From positions 434,001 through 498,000 of the forward strand of contig JAQGDQ010000019.1 in the NCBI GenBank assembly GCA_030141605.1: 64,000 nt of DNA, in the 5' to 3' direction. Below, piece by piece: positions 27,107-39,965 of this stretch; the stretch's first letter is position 1; every line of letters begins with the position of its first letter. The notes under the pieces were generated by a model. It ran no database searches, had not been told where the DNA came from, and saw only the letters and a program-made list of their open reading frames with translations. This DNA comes from Tubiluchus corallicola (lineage: Eukaryota > Animalia > Priapulida). A program made the position numbers and the translations under genes.

Positions 27107-27272
27107 GTTGTTTTGGACTGCGTGCTTAAGAAAGATGTTGAGTATAACAATACGCCAACGTTCCATCATTGGAAAACTGAAAATAAACGATTTGGGCTTA
27201 CGTTCCAGAGTGCTGCTGATGCACGGGCTTTTCTGCGTGGCGTCAAACAAGCATTGGAAGACCTCACTAAAG
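27107..27272 (+). CDS. SPRED: SPRED exon, EVH1 domain C-terminal half
   Basis: ATGCAG acceptor; encodes [31 protein letters not shown]; ends G|GTAAAG (phase 1). Confidence 0.95.
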
Positions 27273-29279
27273 GTAAAGTACATGTGTATTTTTGGGTCTG
27301 AGAACACTTGTGATATGGTATATGATGTCTTACTTATGTACCTGGCTATATAATCTATAAATCAGTGTAATCAGATTAGCTGGCTTTACAATACATGGCA
27401 TTAAATAAATTTTGTGTATAGTGCTAGTTATGGTTACATTGCTCTAGTGTACTTTACACACCAACACATTAAAATTAACACCATTATATAAATTAAAGAA
27501 AAAAGCAAATTACTTTAATTTAGATTAAAAATTGCTTAAAAAGATGTGTTTTCAAACGTAGTTACTAAATTCGTAGTTTGTAGTTACTAAATATGTGAGT
27601 GCGACACTAAATATGTAAGTGCGACTATTTCGAGAATGCCGATCAAGATTATAATTATTTGTTCTAACTATAAAAACTGACCAGCTAAAGTTCTGTATTT
27701 GCTATTCAGATCGACTTACATGACATGTTGCAGCCTTGCATTTCAATCTATAAGATTATAATTGCATTCAAGCAGTGGTTTAGGGATCGACTTGCTGTTT
27801 GCGGGCAGCTTGCAGCAACGTTCAGTAATTCTAGCCGAGCGAGGGACATGTGCAGTTCATATGTTGCACAGCTACAGCTAGCATAGTGACTCATTACATC
27901 GCTGTGGTTTATAATTATTTTTATCAGCACCACGTTTTGGCCCGTCATTGTACAGCATGCGGTATACCTCAGCTGTCAAACGTGGTTCTTGCCATCTCTT
28001 GCGCCCACACATTTCATACTACTGTTTACAAAAATATGTGATCAGGTGAAACCATATTTGTCAAACACGCTGTAAATCCTAAGAGTTTGTAACATTTTCT
28101 TTTCAATTAACGCTTTAAACTTTATTTCCTGGGAAGACAAAAATGTAGACTAAGTTACCATATTCAAGGGGCTGTAGCTGCATTTAACCATCTGACTTAA
28201 CCATCCGGGGGTGGGTATACTAATTTTAACTGTAAATGAGATTTGATTTTGTTTTCGGAAAAGGAAGCTATCATGAGAATATATCTGAACAGAACCTAAA
28301 CTGTTTTCATTAGTAATGGTTTTTGGTATATTTTACCTTCATAACTTTGATGTAAGAGTCGAGGAAGACTGCCTGCGTTCGCAACAGAAAGTTCTGGCTC
28401 GTTTCTGACTGAACATTCATACACTTCAATTAAGTTTATTGCAGTTTGTGCTGGTGCTTTAGTAGCTGTAACAGCTTATGTTTAAAGTTATTTTTTGCCA
28501 TGCTACAAAGGAAACAGAAATAACCCCAGACACTTTTGGTAGGTTTATATTATTATGAGTGAAAATGTAATTCAGACTATGCGAAAACACTGGCCTAGCT
28601 TGTGGGCTAAAAGGAAAATATGTGGAAAGTTTTTAAACGTTTTTTTTGAAAAATAAGAAAGTTAATAATAATAATAAAATAATAAAAAAGTTAATTTCGA
28701 TGTGGATGAACTGCTGTAGCCAGGTCATTTCTAGGAAACCGAATCATTCATCTCTAATGGTTGCTGCAGTTCGTATTAAGGTCCTAACTGCTTTTGATTG
28801 TTGTTGGTAACTGACACAATTATTTATTAGGAATCAATCAATCAATCAGCTAGCGCTTTAACACGAGCAATTTTCTCCGACGCCACAGTGAAAGATTATT
28901 ACCTTAATGGTGCTAGCTGCATTTTTCATGGCGGCCGCCGCGCCGCCTGTAATATTTGTTATGAATGACTTATGCGGGGGCGGTAGGCGTAGCTAGTTGG
29001 GATCATCGATCAGTCAATTTTGGACTGGTGCTGCCATCTTTCATAGTAAACTTAGTACATGATATGGATTGCTATTGTGCAAACTGAATATTAGCATACA
29101 TATATTTAAACATTAGAATGCAATTGAAATTTAAATTTTAACGCTCTAACAATTCATATCTTAACGTTATTAATAATCAGAAACTATTGCTGTCTGAGTG
29201 TGTCTTTGAAAAGTCTTTCAACGGCTTTAAGGCATGTGCATTCCTTACATTGAACTGAGTTGTTCTCACTTTTCAGGAG

Positions 29280-29280
<1 letters not shown>

Positions 29281-29324
<44 letters not shown>

Positions 29325-29332
29325 ATGTGTGT
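29281..29332. repeat. (AT)n(GT)n compound microsatellite
   Basis: Directly visible. Confidence 0.95.
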
Positions 29333-29753
29333 GGTATGCAGAATTTGTATCGTCGACTTTTATACAATTTGCTAATGTGTGGCAATTTGTTGATATCAAA
29401 CAACCCTAACAGATCTAACCATCATTAATTATCACTTTTAAACAACGTATTACATAAATAAAAGCCTGGGAGATTTATTTTCGCATTGTTAACCCCACAG
29501 TCCCCTGCACAGTTTTCTAATGAAATGCCGTTTCATTGCTAATTGATTTTGCTGCTTACATTTTGTTTTAGCCACTACAGAACCAACGTTGAACTTAATC
29601 TAGCCTTAAAAAAGAAATTTGTAACACTTGTTATTCTTGCTGCTGTTCTTATGTTTTTTTGTCAAAGCTGCTTTTCAATTCTTATTTCTTGGAATTACTA
29701 TTATATTTGCTCTTGTATATTTTATTACATATGATTTTATTTTGACGTTTCAG

Positions 29754-29803
29754 CATCTTACTGTGATCTCGACCAAGGTGATGACAACCATGATGTTTTT
29801 ATG
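29754..29803 (+). CDS. SPRED: SPRED small internal exon (ASYCDLDQGDDNHDVFM)
   Basis: TTTCAG acceptor and ATG|GTAAGT donor. It converts phase 1 to phase 0 exactly as the flanking exons require. Confidence 0.85.
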
Positions 29804-31028
29804 GTAAGTTTGCCAAAAGAGTCATACTATTTGATAAAATTGTGATTTATGTTGATGCAGCATTAATCATTCTGCCTGTACAGAATATATTTATTAAACT
29901 ATGCAGTAAGTACATTAATGTAATTACCAATGTGCACTGACATACCTATTAATGTAATTAGACCTTGAAATTTAATGTAAAATGAACTTATGAAAGTACA
30001 GTAATGCAAATATATATGTTATCACAACAATAATACAGGACTGGTTTAGCCAGCAAACATCATGATCAGTGACGTTGTTGTAGTCATCATCCTAGCCATC
30101 GTTATCACCATTATTTTTGCATGATTATCTTTTGCTTAATAAAGGTTAAATTGGAATTCTGCTTTTGATGTCGTGGCCTTGGTATGTCAGTTAAATTTTC
30201 AAAGAATCCAGTGGATGGCTTCATGAAAATGCCAAAAAAGCTGTAGACCTTCTAGAAAATCTATCTTTGCGTTCTATACTCACCATTGAACAGACTATCA
30301 AGCTCTTACAGGGTTGACTCCAGACACATGCCATTCTCACAAAATAAGTTAAATGTCAGTTTTGTGGAAAATAGATGGAAAGAATTTTTTCCACCCAGTG
30401 ATCCTGATTTGAAAAAAAAATATCTCCTAAATAAACCATAGGCCAAAATACTCCCTTTGGTGTATTAATTATTAAAAATAGTAAATCCACTGGTGAAAAA
30501 TCGAAAATATCAACATTGTGATGTAATAATAAAAAACGATCACCAAACTGTCCACAATTCCCTAAAACTTTGGGCGTGACTGTTTGAAGTCTGGTAATTT
30601 TCTTTTGCATGCTCACTTTCTTGTAGTTCTGTTTGCATTTTATTGCATTGTTCTAAACAATTTCTTGTGGTTGTCTCACTTGTCTATAGTCTTTTAATTT
30701 GCATTTGCAATGCCATTTTCTATTAAGCCATTGCTGTGAAGAGTTTTCTTGTTTTTTATTCTGATCCGCCAGACATAAAAAAGTGCACCAATTGCTCCAA
30801 ACTGGAACTTGCACCTAATGGGTTTTCCAGTAATGTAATCTACTGTGCAACTATGTTCATTGAATCTCTGAATTTGAAATTAGCAGACTGCAACAAAAAA
30901 AAACACTAGAAGCATAACCTTTTCATAAATTGACTTATTTATAAGTGTCAAGTTATTTTTCGAAATCCAAAAATTTTTAACAAGCCAACAGTTTATTTAA
31001 TGCTCATAAACTTGTAGTAATAGACTTT

Positions 31029-31506
31029 GCATTTTTTGTACAAAGATGCTGATTTACGGACTGCTGCTCACAGCACAAGAATGTTTCCTATGGTGTCATT
31101 AGAGCATTATGGATTATGGGCAAAGTAGGAACCACTATATAAGTACAAAAGTGGCCAGGGTCTAATGTTAGACAGTCAGATGAGCATATCCAATTCATAT
31201 TTATACGTGTAATTACAGCAAAAAATTTCTTTGCATGAGTATTCATGCCCAAGTGTTGATATGAAGGCTAATTCTGCTGGGTCACTTGCCAAGCCATCAG
31301 ATGGTGTAATAACAAGCCAGCCACTTTCATTGCCAACAAAAGGTAAAAAGCAAAAACAGAACAAAGCAAAGCACTGCCATCATCTCATTGTAGGCCACTG
31401 CAGTGCTGTCGGCATTGCAGTTGTACAATCCAGAAGAGAATACTCATTGCACTTGTTTGTAAGTGCCCGACTGTTGTGACTGTGGTGTTAATGCTGGGTC
31501 ATGCAT
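31029..31506 (+). pseudogene. Decayed partial duplicate of the SPRED terminal exon (copy of about 31953-32429) inside the last intron
   Basis: Colinear with the real exon. It has in-frame stops TAG 31126-31128 (from CAG) and TAA 31210-31212 (from CAA), a 2-nt insertion near 31372 and CpG decay. Confidence 0.92.
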
Positions 31507-31791
31507 TTTTTAAGGTTTGCAAATTACCCACAAAGATGTATTCAACATCAAATGTGTGATCAACAAAGTTCCAAATTTCTTGTGTTCTGTAGTTTTATTG
31601 TCATTTCCGTTTTAGTTTACACGCACAATCTCACAAGCAAGAGACCTTCTCATTGTCACCAAATGATTTTGTCCTCATTTACACCTTCTTAAACTATGCT
31701 AATTAATTAGTACATTTCACCGTTATACATGTACAAGTAATAATATTAAAGTTCCTTGCATTTCTTATTCATGTTTTTCTAATGCTTTCAG

Positions 31792-32661
31792 GCTATAACT
31801 CTGCCCCTGGAGAGGGAACTATCAAGCTCTGGTTCCAGTCATTCTGGAGGTACCTTAGGTGTTGTGCCACCTTCAAGACCTCATTCTTCCAGCCCCAGCC
31901 ACACTGGTGATTGCTGTGGTGATTTTATAAGCATAGGCCACAATGGACATCAGCATTTTTCGTACAAAAATGCTCGTTTACGGACTGCTGATCACAGCAC
32001 AAGAGTGCTTCCCAAGGTGCCATCAGAACAAGAAATCTGGGTAAAACAGGAAGCACTAGATAAGTACAAAAGTGATCAGGGTCTAACGTTAGACAGTCAG
32101 ATGAACATATCCGATTCATACTCATACGTGCAATTACAGCAAAAAGCTTCTTTGCATGAATATTCATACCCAAGTATTGATATGAAGGCTAATTCTGCTG
32201 GGTCACTCGTCAAACCATCAGATGATGTAATAACAACCCAGCCACCTTTATTGCCAACAAAAGGTAAAAAGCAGAAGCAGGACAAAGGAAAGCTGCCATC
32301 ATCTCGCCGCAGGCCACCGCAGCGATGCCGGCATTGTAATCAGATGTACAATCCTGAAGAGAATACTCATGGCGCTTGTTCGGAAGCACCTGACTGTTGT
32401 GACGATTGCGTTAATGCTGTGTCGTGCATGGTGTGTGGTCGATGTATGGTGTATCACTGCATATCTGAACAAGACGATGACCCCATAGAACCGTGTTCAT
32501 GTGGTACAGTTGACTCACAGTGCTGCAAGAGATGGGCAGCACTGACTGTGCTTTCTCTCATTGTTCCTTGCTTATGGTGCTATTTGCCATTGTCGGCATG
32601 TCGGAAATGCGTTATGCATTGTGGTTTCTGTGGAGGTCAACACAAAGCTGTATATACATAG
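31792..32661 (+). CDS. SPRED: SPRED terminal exon, linker plus Cys-rich Sprouty (SPR) domain
   Basis: GCTTTCAG acceptor in frame with the 31864 ORF; encodes RCRHCNQMYNPEENTHGACSEAPD..VSCMVC..YHC..EPCSC..RWAALTVLSLIVPCLWCYLPL..CGGQHKA; TAG stop. Confidence 0.96.
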   Translation, partial: AITLPLERELSSSGSSHSGGTLGVVPPSRPHSSSPSHTGDCCGDFISIGHNGHQHFSYKNARLRTADHSTRVLPKVPSEQEIWVKQEALDKYKSDQGLTLDSQMNISDSYSYVQLQQKASLHEYSYPSIDMKANSAGSLVKPSDDVITTQPPLLPTKGKKQKQDKGKLPSSRRRPPQRCRHCNQMYNPEENTHGACSEAPDCCDDCVNAVSCMVCGRCMVYHCISEQDDDPIEPCSCGTVDSQCCKRWAALTVLSLIVPCLWCYLPLSACRKCVMHCGFCGGQHKAVYT

Positions 32662-33112
32662 TAGTCAGCTTACAAGTTTATGTGGTGCTTTTCAGTCATT
32701 ACATGCATAAAGAAAGTGTTTACACTAGCAATTTTTATATTTCCTACAATGGTGTGGTTAGAAATACTAGTCTGACTCAATTAGCAACCATTTGAATTAT
32801 GCAGTAGTTGGCTGTACTGCTATGCATGTACTGCTTCCATATAGGATTAGTCTGTATTTGTAAACACATTGGGAAGAACTTGTCTCTGTGCACAATACTG
32901 TTATGTATGAATTCGCTTCTAAACAATGATATAAAGTTTCCCGGTGAATGAGCTTCCGTAAATGGTTGCTGCAACGTTGTTAAATTATGGCAGAGGTCTG
33001 TTGAGTAAACTGTTTTTGGTTCTTCCTGAGTCCACTTTGTTTTGCAAGAGGTTATTATTACTTTATTAGGAATCTCACTTAAATCTGTAATTGAACATTG
33101 AAACTAGTTGGC

Positions 33113-33300
33113 ACACAATACAAAGTTTAATGGTGAAATGGGTATTGCTAGCTAATTGACTGATTCTGTAATTTTTCGAGTAGAAATATTTAAGCTTAAA
33201 GACACAAAATACTGAGTTGAATGGTGAAATAGGTATTGCTCAGCTAATTGACTGATTCTCTAATTTTTTGAGTAGAAATATGTAAGCTTAACAACACAAA
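33113..33300. repeat. Tandem duplication, two ~90-bp units, in the presumed SPRED 3' UTR
   Basis: AATGGTGAAAT.GGTATTGCT..GCTAATTGACTGATTCT..TAATTTTT.GAGTAGAAATAT.TAAGCTTAA occurs twice. Confidence 0.93.
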
Positions 33301-36300
33301 CATAAGTTTTTAAGGCCATACGACTTCGAGTTATTTTATTCTAGAAAGAATGGTTAGGGCAGATGATAAATTTGTTAGACTTTCACAGCTGTCAACAACA
33401 AAGGTTTCCTTCTTATTCCCTTACTGAGAAATACAGGATCCTGTGGTAGTGTGGCTTTATTCTTATTGTATTTTTCTACCATTTTGAAGCAGAGTTGTTA
33501 TTTTAAAGATTGTGAATTTGTAGGTTGTGTGCAGGTTATTATATTGAGACATTTGTCTGCATACTTTTGCAGGCATTGTGTTTCACATATTCTTTTGCAA
33601 ATTTGCCAGTATAATGTGAACTTTTGGATAGCTCCTCTTACTCTGATTTGTAGTGTGATTTTGTAATTATAATAATGCCTACTTTTAAAACAACCATTCT
33701 AAAGCTTAGATACAACCATTCTATAGATACCTTGTAGTCTGTGGGTTGTATAGTTTTTTGTGTACTCATTGCTAGTTAAGGGCATTTGCGCTGTTTCTAA
33801 AGGCATGGTAGTAATTTTGTCATGTCAATTGACTGCTTCTTTTGCCATTAGGGCTGTAGAAGACTAGTAGAAAATCTCATTTCTATGTACAGCTTAAAAT
33901 GGTGAATATTTTTTGTTTAAACAAAAGTTGCTTGGTGGCAGTAATTAGCCATTTCTGAGGTAATGCTTTTAATATTCATCAGTGTAAATGTATTGGAATG
34001 TGTGAACAACTTAAGATTTGCCAAAATCTCAAGGATGATTATACTTGTTCAACTTTAAAAGATCGTTATATTCATTTTTTGTCGTTGAAGCACCATACAT
34101 TGAGACATTTATACAAAAAAATGAGGATCGGGCTGTTGCAATTCTTTTGAAAAGAGAAGTAAAAAACGAAGCTCTGTTGTAATCTTTTTTAGTTCTCTAT
34201 AACCTAGTTCCTGACATACTTTGACAACTTCTGCAAGACAGTCACTGTTTATTTGGGTGCGATTTAATTTATTGCATACGTAGTCTTTTAGTCAAGAGTA
34301 TTTTTATGAAAGGTGTTTGCGTGCACAGTTTCAGTAGTTGCTTTTTCGGTCTTGAGACTGCAGCAGCATTCTGTAGGTGTGCTTAGTACTCTCAGCTTTA
34401 ATCCCCTCAGACTTGAAAATTGTGGTTTACCTGTTTTGTTTGCTGCAAATCTTGTTCAGTAGATGGTATTGACATAAGTGCAAATGCTGTGGAGCAAGGT
34501 ATAGATGTAGTGCTCATTATTCAATAATAATTTGTGTACTAATAACCCAAGTTTAACAAATCTAATGGTTTTTCTTGATATACAAATTTTTATGGCTCAT
34601 CAGTGTTACTAGAATTGAATTGACTAGAGGAGAATCTTTACTAGTACATGTATAGCAACATTTGCATCTTAAGACTGGAACTGAACATGTGTTATTACCT
34701 TTTACTTGACATTTTAAGTAGCGCATACATACATTACAATAGACGTGAAATACATGTTTATTATGTTTCATGCCTCACAAAGCTGTTCTGTGTATTATTG
34801 TACATAATATGTACTAACAGGATGACACAAAATTAACTAGTACATCTGCCACATTCATTCATCTTCCCATGGTGTTATTATGTAGTAGTATCACGCTATG
34901 TTATGTAAGAATTGTGTATTTTATTAATAGAGTATTATAATGTATAGTAATTGCATAAACTTTTATTGTTTATGCATGTTGCACATATGCAGCTTCTTGC
35001 TGTATAGCAATTATTCTTGTTTTTCATTGAAGTGCTCATTATTGCTTTAAAGTTATATTTCTTACATAGGCTATTTTTGTAGTGACTAAATAATTAGCAC
35101 AATCTTTTTAAATACATTTATAAGTGTTGGTGCTTCGTAGATGCTGCAACCTTATTTTCCACATTATGTGTGGTATAATTTCATGTGTGTAAACGAGCAT
35201 CGTAGTATTAACTCTAGCCATTATTATTTATCATAAAGACCGGGTAAATCAGATGAGTATTACCACCCAAAATTAGCAGTCGTTTTCAATATAATGTAAA
35301 ACAAGTGTAGTAGAAGTTGTCTGTACGGATGTAAATACTAAGTAGCTTCTAATTAACATAATATTTGTTCATGTGATTCTGCAGATTTCTTGGATTGTCT
35401 GCTAAAATTACTTTCTTTTGCTAAGAATTGAATGAGACATTTGTCTATAATCTTATTAAATTTGTTTTAAACTCTGGGGTTTTCAACATATTATTTTTCA
35501 GGCCCAAACAGGTTCTGCGCCAAATAAGTTATTCCGTAATTTTCTGTTATTAATCAGTTTGAAAAATGCAAGGGAAATAACAAACCATGATTGCTTATAC
35601 AGTTTTTAACATCATGATTACTTCCCGGAATCCCGACCAATCCAGACTTTTACTACTTAGTCTGACCTGAGCCAGCAAAATAATAGTTTTCTGCTGTGGT
35701 CATAACTTGTCATTGGTAGACAAATAGTCATTATGTGCATTAAAACTGATGTTGTGCAAAATTAATACACATACCTGTGAGTACAAAGTACAACATATAT
35801 CCCTTCACTTAAATTAATTATGTGCAAAAGCACCAAAGAATATTTTTGTAACTTCGGTTGTAATTGTACAGTATGTGTTTGCAGTGTAGATAATTATAGT
35901 CTGAAGCACTGAACATGTACATCGTAGTATCAGTAGTTTGAGCATGTGAAAGTCAGTGAAAGTTTTGCTTTAGTATTTTTATTACTATTTCTCATGATTA
36001 TTGTATTGGTGATTTATAGATCACATTAAATTTTTATGTTGCAATCATTCTTTACCAATAAATTTATAAGTTTATCAGAATTAACATTCATGTCATCCAT
36101 TGTTTGCGTGCGTATGTGCGTGTGTGCATAGATTTTTATAGTGTGTGCTTTTTACAAACTTGTTTCATTTGACATGATTATGGGAAACCATATCTTCTTC
36201 TTATGTGTGAAATTTGTGAGCAATGAAATGAAAATATGTAACCAGTACTAAGCTTTGTGCAAGACACCGAAAAAAATGATTTCAAAAAGTTAATCTAATG

Positions 36301-37624
36301 TTCGCGCATGACTGTAATTTTTAAATAAACTTATGTTAATAATCTTTTTCATAGAGCAAAGGTAGGTTTGATTCGTGATGCACAGTAATACGGTAATTAA
36401 AGTAACACTACTTTTTATTAAATTAAATTTTGTTACCTGCATCTGGCTTTGCTTTGTTCAAACTTACTCTCACTTCTTCTTTTTAGACTACACATTTTAA
36501 ATTCCCAATTTTTCAGAAACCTCCGTTTGGTTACTTTAATTGAGCAATCTTGTTTTTTTTATTTCCTTCTGCAAGTATATTCCTATTTTAAACGTAATAT
36601 CTCTCTTCCACGATGATTTTGTCATCGTTGTCACTTTTTTATTTCAAGTTCTAGTTTATGCTTATTTGCAATCTTTGTCACTTCCTGATGCCAACTTTAC
36701 TTGAATGGATATTGTATTTGTTCATTTATTATTTCTTTTACTAATCTTGTTTTAGATTGTGGAATCATTATGCACCTATATAGTGTAGTACAATCATTTT
36801 TGATAATCTACTTTTCGTTACAATGGCCACAATTTTAACTAACGTGCCCCATTAAGAAATAGAGTTACTAAGATTTAACACAAATTCCTTAATGAGTAGG
36901 GTCTAGTGCCTAATATCTGACCATACTTTCTTTAGAATTATAATATAATAATACGTATAATAGCAACACAACATTTATAGTGCTTTCGATCATGCCCACT
37001 TTAAATCTGTCCAGTAAAAATTTTAATTTTTATGCTTTTCCCTTATACGGTGTTATACTTGTTATTACATTCATTCAGTCAAGTATTTGCCTATGCTTCC
37101 ACTTTTCACCTTCTCTTCAATTATTTTGGAAGGAAGTATTTTCTTTTTAGTTGTTTTAGTGTTGGTATATTCTGTCTAGATCACATTCAAATTTAAATTC
37201 TTATTTACTTCCAGATCTCATCTTCAACCATCATTTCAATTATTTCAATACATCACACAATAGAAGCTACTCTAAAATATAACTACAGATTTCATTTCTT
37301 TTTTTTCCCATTATTACATTACAGGTGCAGTCCCCATGAACAATGTTTGTACAGTTTACAATACATAGAAGTAAAAAATATAAAACAATTAATATAAAAA
37401 ATTAAGAACATCCTAATTAATATTACAAAAAAGCATGGTTGTAAAACTTGTTTGCAGTTCAAAGAAAATAAAATACATGGATCGTAACTAACGACTATTT
37501 ATAAGTAATTCCCTGAGTTTCTTTTTAAATAATTAATTCAAACTGTAATTTTATTTAATTCGGTTTTGATTGCATATTGATTGTAATATTTGCTTGCCCT
37601 GACTATGAACCGTCTTGTGCTAGA

Positions 37625-38100
37625 AAATGGGTTGTCATTTTGTGAAATGCCAGATTCATACTTATAATATCCAATGATCGAAAATTATGTTGTGACGGTG
37701 ATGAGGCAATTATGATTTATAGGCATTTTTGAGAGCACCTTAAATTGGAGTGTCTTTTCTGAAAGCCTTGCTCCCATTACAAACAGGTAGTCATTTGTGG
37801 AATACCAAACTCATACTTAAGATATGCTCTATTATGCAGTGGCCGAAAATTATGTTCCCAATGACAAGCTTATAATGCGCCTTAACTTTTGGGTGTCTAT
37901 TTTAGACCCCCTGGAAGTCCCACTCCCATTACAAGCAGGTTGGTCATTTGGGAAATGTCAAACTCAAACATACTGTATACAGCGGTCGAAAACCATGTTC
38001 TTAATGACTAGGTTATAATGCATTTTTGGAAGGTATACGTATTTTGGGGTGGTTGGCTTCCATTACCAACGAACAATCAGTTATTGTGGTATTCCAGACC
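37625..38100. repeat. Degenerate ~150-bp tandem array (about 3.3 units)
   Basis: CCATTACAA..AGGT.GTCATTTG.G.AAT..CA.ACTCA...CGAAAA..ATGTT recurs at about 37625, 37775, 37927 and partially at 38060. Confidence 0.7.
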
Positions 38101-38814
38101 TGGACCTACGAAGTGAAGTTATCGGAAGTCGTGTTCCTGGTGATGAAGTTACTTCATCACGGGTTCTGTTTTGACTATAATACTCAAATGATAGTAAAAT
38201 TATATTATAGTAATAATCAAAAAGAATATAAAAATAAGCGCTTGTAAAAAAAGCGACATGAGTTAACTGCATTGTATTTTCGAAAAGGTTTCTGTTGTCG
38301 AGAAGTAGAAAGTTATGTAGGGCGCCGAGTAATCCACTAGCCGAAGTAGGACACTTCCGGTAAAACGCATGTTCTAAATTTGCGGAAAAGCAGTGCGTAC
38401 ATGGACAGCCCAAGTGAGGCACTAGCGATTTTTGTCAAGAATCGATAATTATGACATAATAAAACGTAAAATTAAATTTGTTTTAGAAAAAAGTAACTTT
38501 ATAAAATGATGGATGGTCCTTGACAATTTACTTTTTACAACAATATCATCATTATTATTAGCTCCATTAATAATTATCATCATAACATTAAACTAAGTAT
38601 CTAATGCTTTAAAGAGAGAAACTACGTAGGGCACATAACTCGCTAACCCGTTTACTTAGTAGAAAATAATTATTGGTCCAAGAGGGAGTGAAAAGAATCA
38701 CCTGTCTGTGAAGCAAGACAAAATAAAAAATAATATACCTTAAGCAGATGTTGAAATCACCTAAACAGTGAGCTTATTTCACTTCAAAGAACACTAACAT
38801 TGGCAAATTATACT

Positions 38815-39728
38815 TGTTGGGAGCCGTTTGGACCACTGCGCCAAGTAGACCACTTGATGCGCTAAAAGTAGTGGCCTACATGGGCAGCCCAAGTAGGACA
38901 CTAGCGATTTTTGTCGAGAAACTTGCTCTGGCAAAACTTGTTTCCAGTTTATATTACCATTGTTTATAAGTATTGTTATGACATAATAAAGCATAAAACA
39001 AAATTTCTTTTAGAAATGGATATTCCTTGGCAATTTACAAATGCATTTCTTACAATAATTTCATCATTATGATTAACTCCATTAATATATCATAACATTA
39101 AACCTAGTATCTAATGCTTTAAAGAGAGAAATTCTGCACACAGTTATTACAGAAATAATTGCAAATTTAAAAATGAGACAGATGCTGCTAAGCCTTCACA
39201 ACACCGAAAAGTAATTTTTAACATTTAAGAAAAGCAAGGATAATTAGTTTTAATATTATCAGTAGTATTGTAACATGTAGGGCACTGTCCTACATGGCTC
39301 GCTAGCCCATGTAGAACACATAGATTGCTAGAACGTTTACTTACAAGAAAACAATTATTTGCCCAAGAGGTAGTGAAACGGATCACCTGTTTGTGAAGTG
39401 AGACAAAATCAAAAATGATATACCTTAAACAAATGTTGAATTCGCAAAAAAGTGGGGTTTTTTCACTTCAACAACATTAATATCGAAACCAAATTTAATA
39501 TTGTCCGTTCTACCAGCTCAGAATAAAATTCTTTTATTTTATTAGATGTATAATAAATTATTCAACGTGTGTTAACGTTTTTAATTATTATTATTACATA
39601 AACAAGCACAACGGACGGTGTCAGTACACTTAACGACTGAATTCACGACCTGTCTCTAGTGTCCTACTTGGGCAGCCCAGGTAGACCAATTGGTCTACTT
39701 GGCGCAGTGGTCCAAACGGCTCCCAACA
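38815..39728. mobile_element. Nested copy of a related subfamily, perfect TIRs, 5-bp TSD ATACT
   Basis: Left TGTTGGGAGCCGTTTGGACCACTGCGCCAAGTAGACCA; right TGGTCTACTTGGCGCAGTGGTCCAAACGGCTCCCAACA. ATACT sits at 38810-38814 and 39729-39733. The interior is homologous to the host element. Confidence 0.95.
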
Positions 39729-39881
39729 ATACTAACTCAGAATAAAATTCGTTTATTTTATCAGATGTATAATAAATTATTCAACGTGTATTGACATGTT
39801 TAATTATTCTTATTACATAAACAAGGACAACGGACGGTGCCAGTACGCTTAACGATTCAATTCGCGACCTCTCTCTAGTGT

Positions 39882-39965
39882 CCTATTTGGGCTAGCGCGT
39901 GTACGACGCGACCTACTTGGGCTAGCGCGTGTACGACGCGACCTACTTGGGCTAGCCCGTGTACG
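39882..39965. repeat. Subterminal 30-bp tandem repeat (about 3 units) of the outer transposon
   Basis: CCTACTTGGGCTAGCGCGTGTACGACGCGA repeated head to tail. Confidence 0.92.

Noticed and set aside
31231-31479. 82-aa ORF as a second SPRED paralogue
   Set aside because: It is part of the decayed exon copy, with upstream stops and a frameshift.
36430-37600. Possible minus-strand LINE relic
   Set aside because: Composition is suggestive, but I could not recover diagnostic RT or endonuclease motifs.
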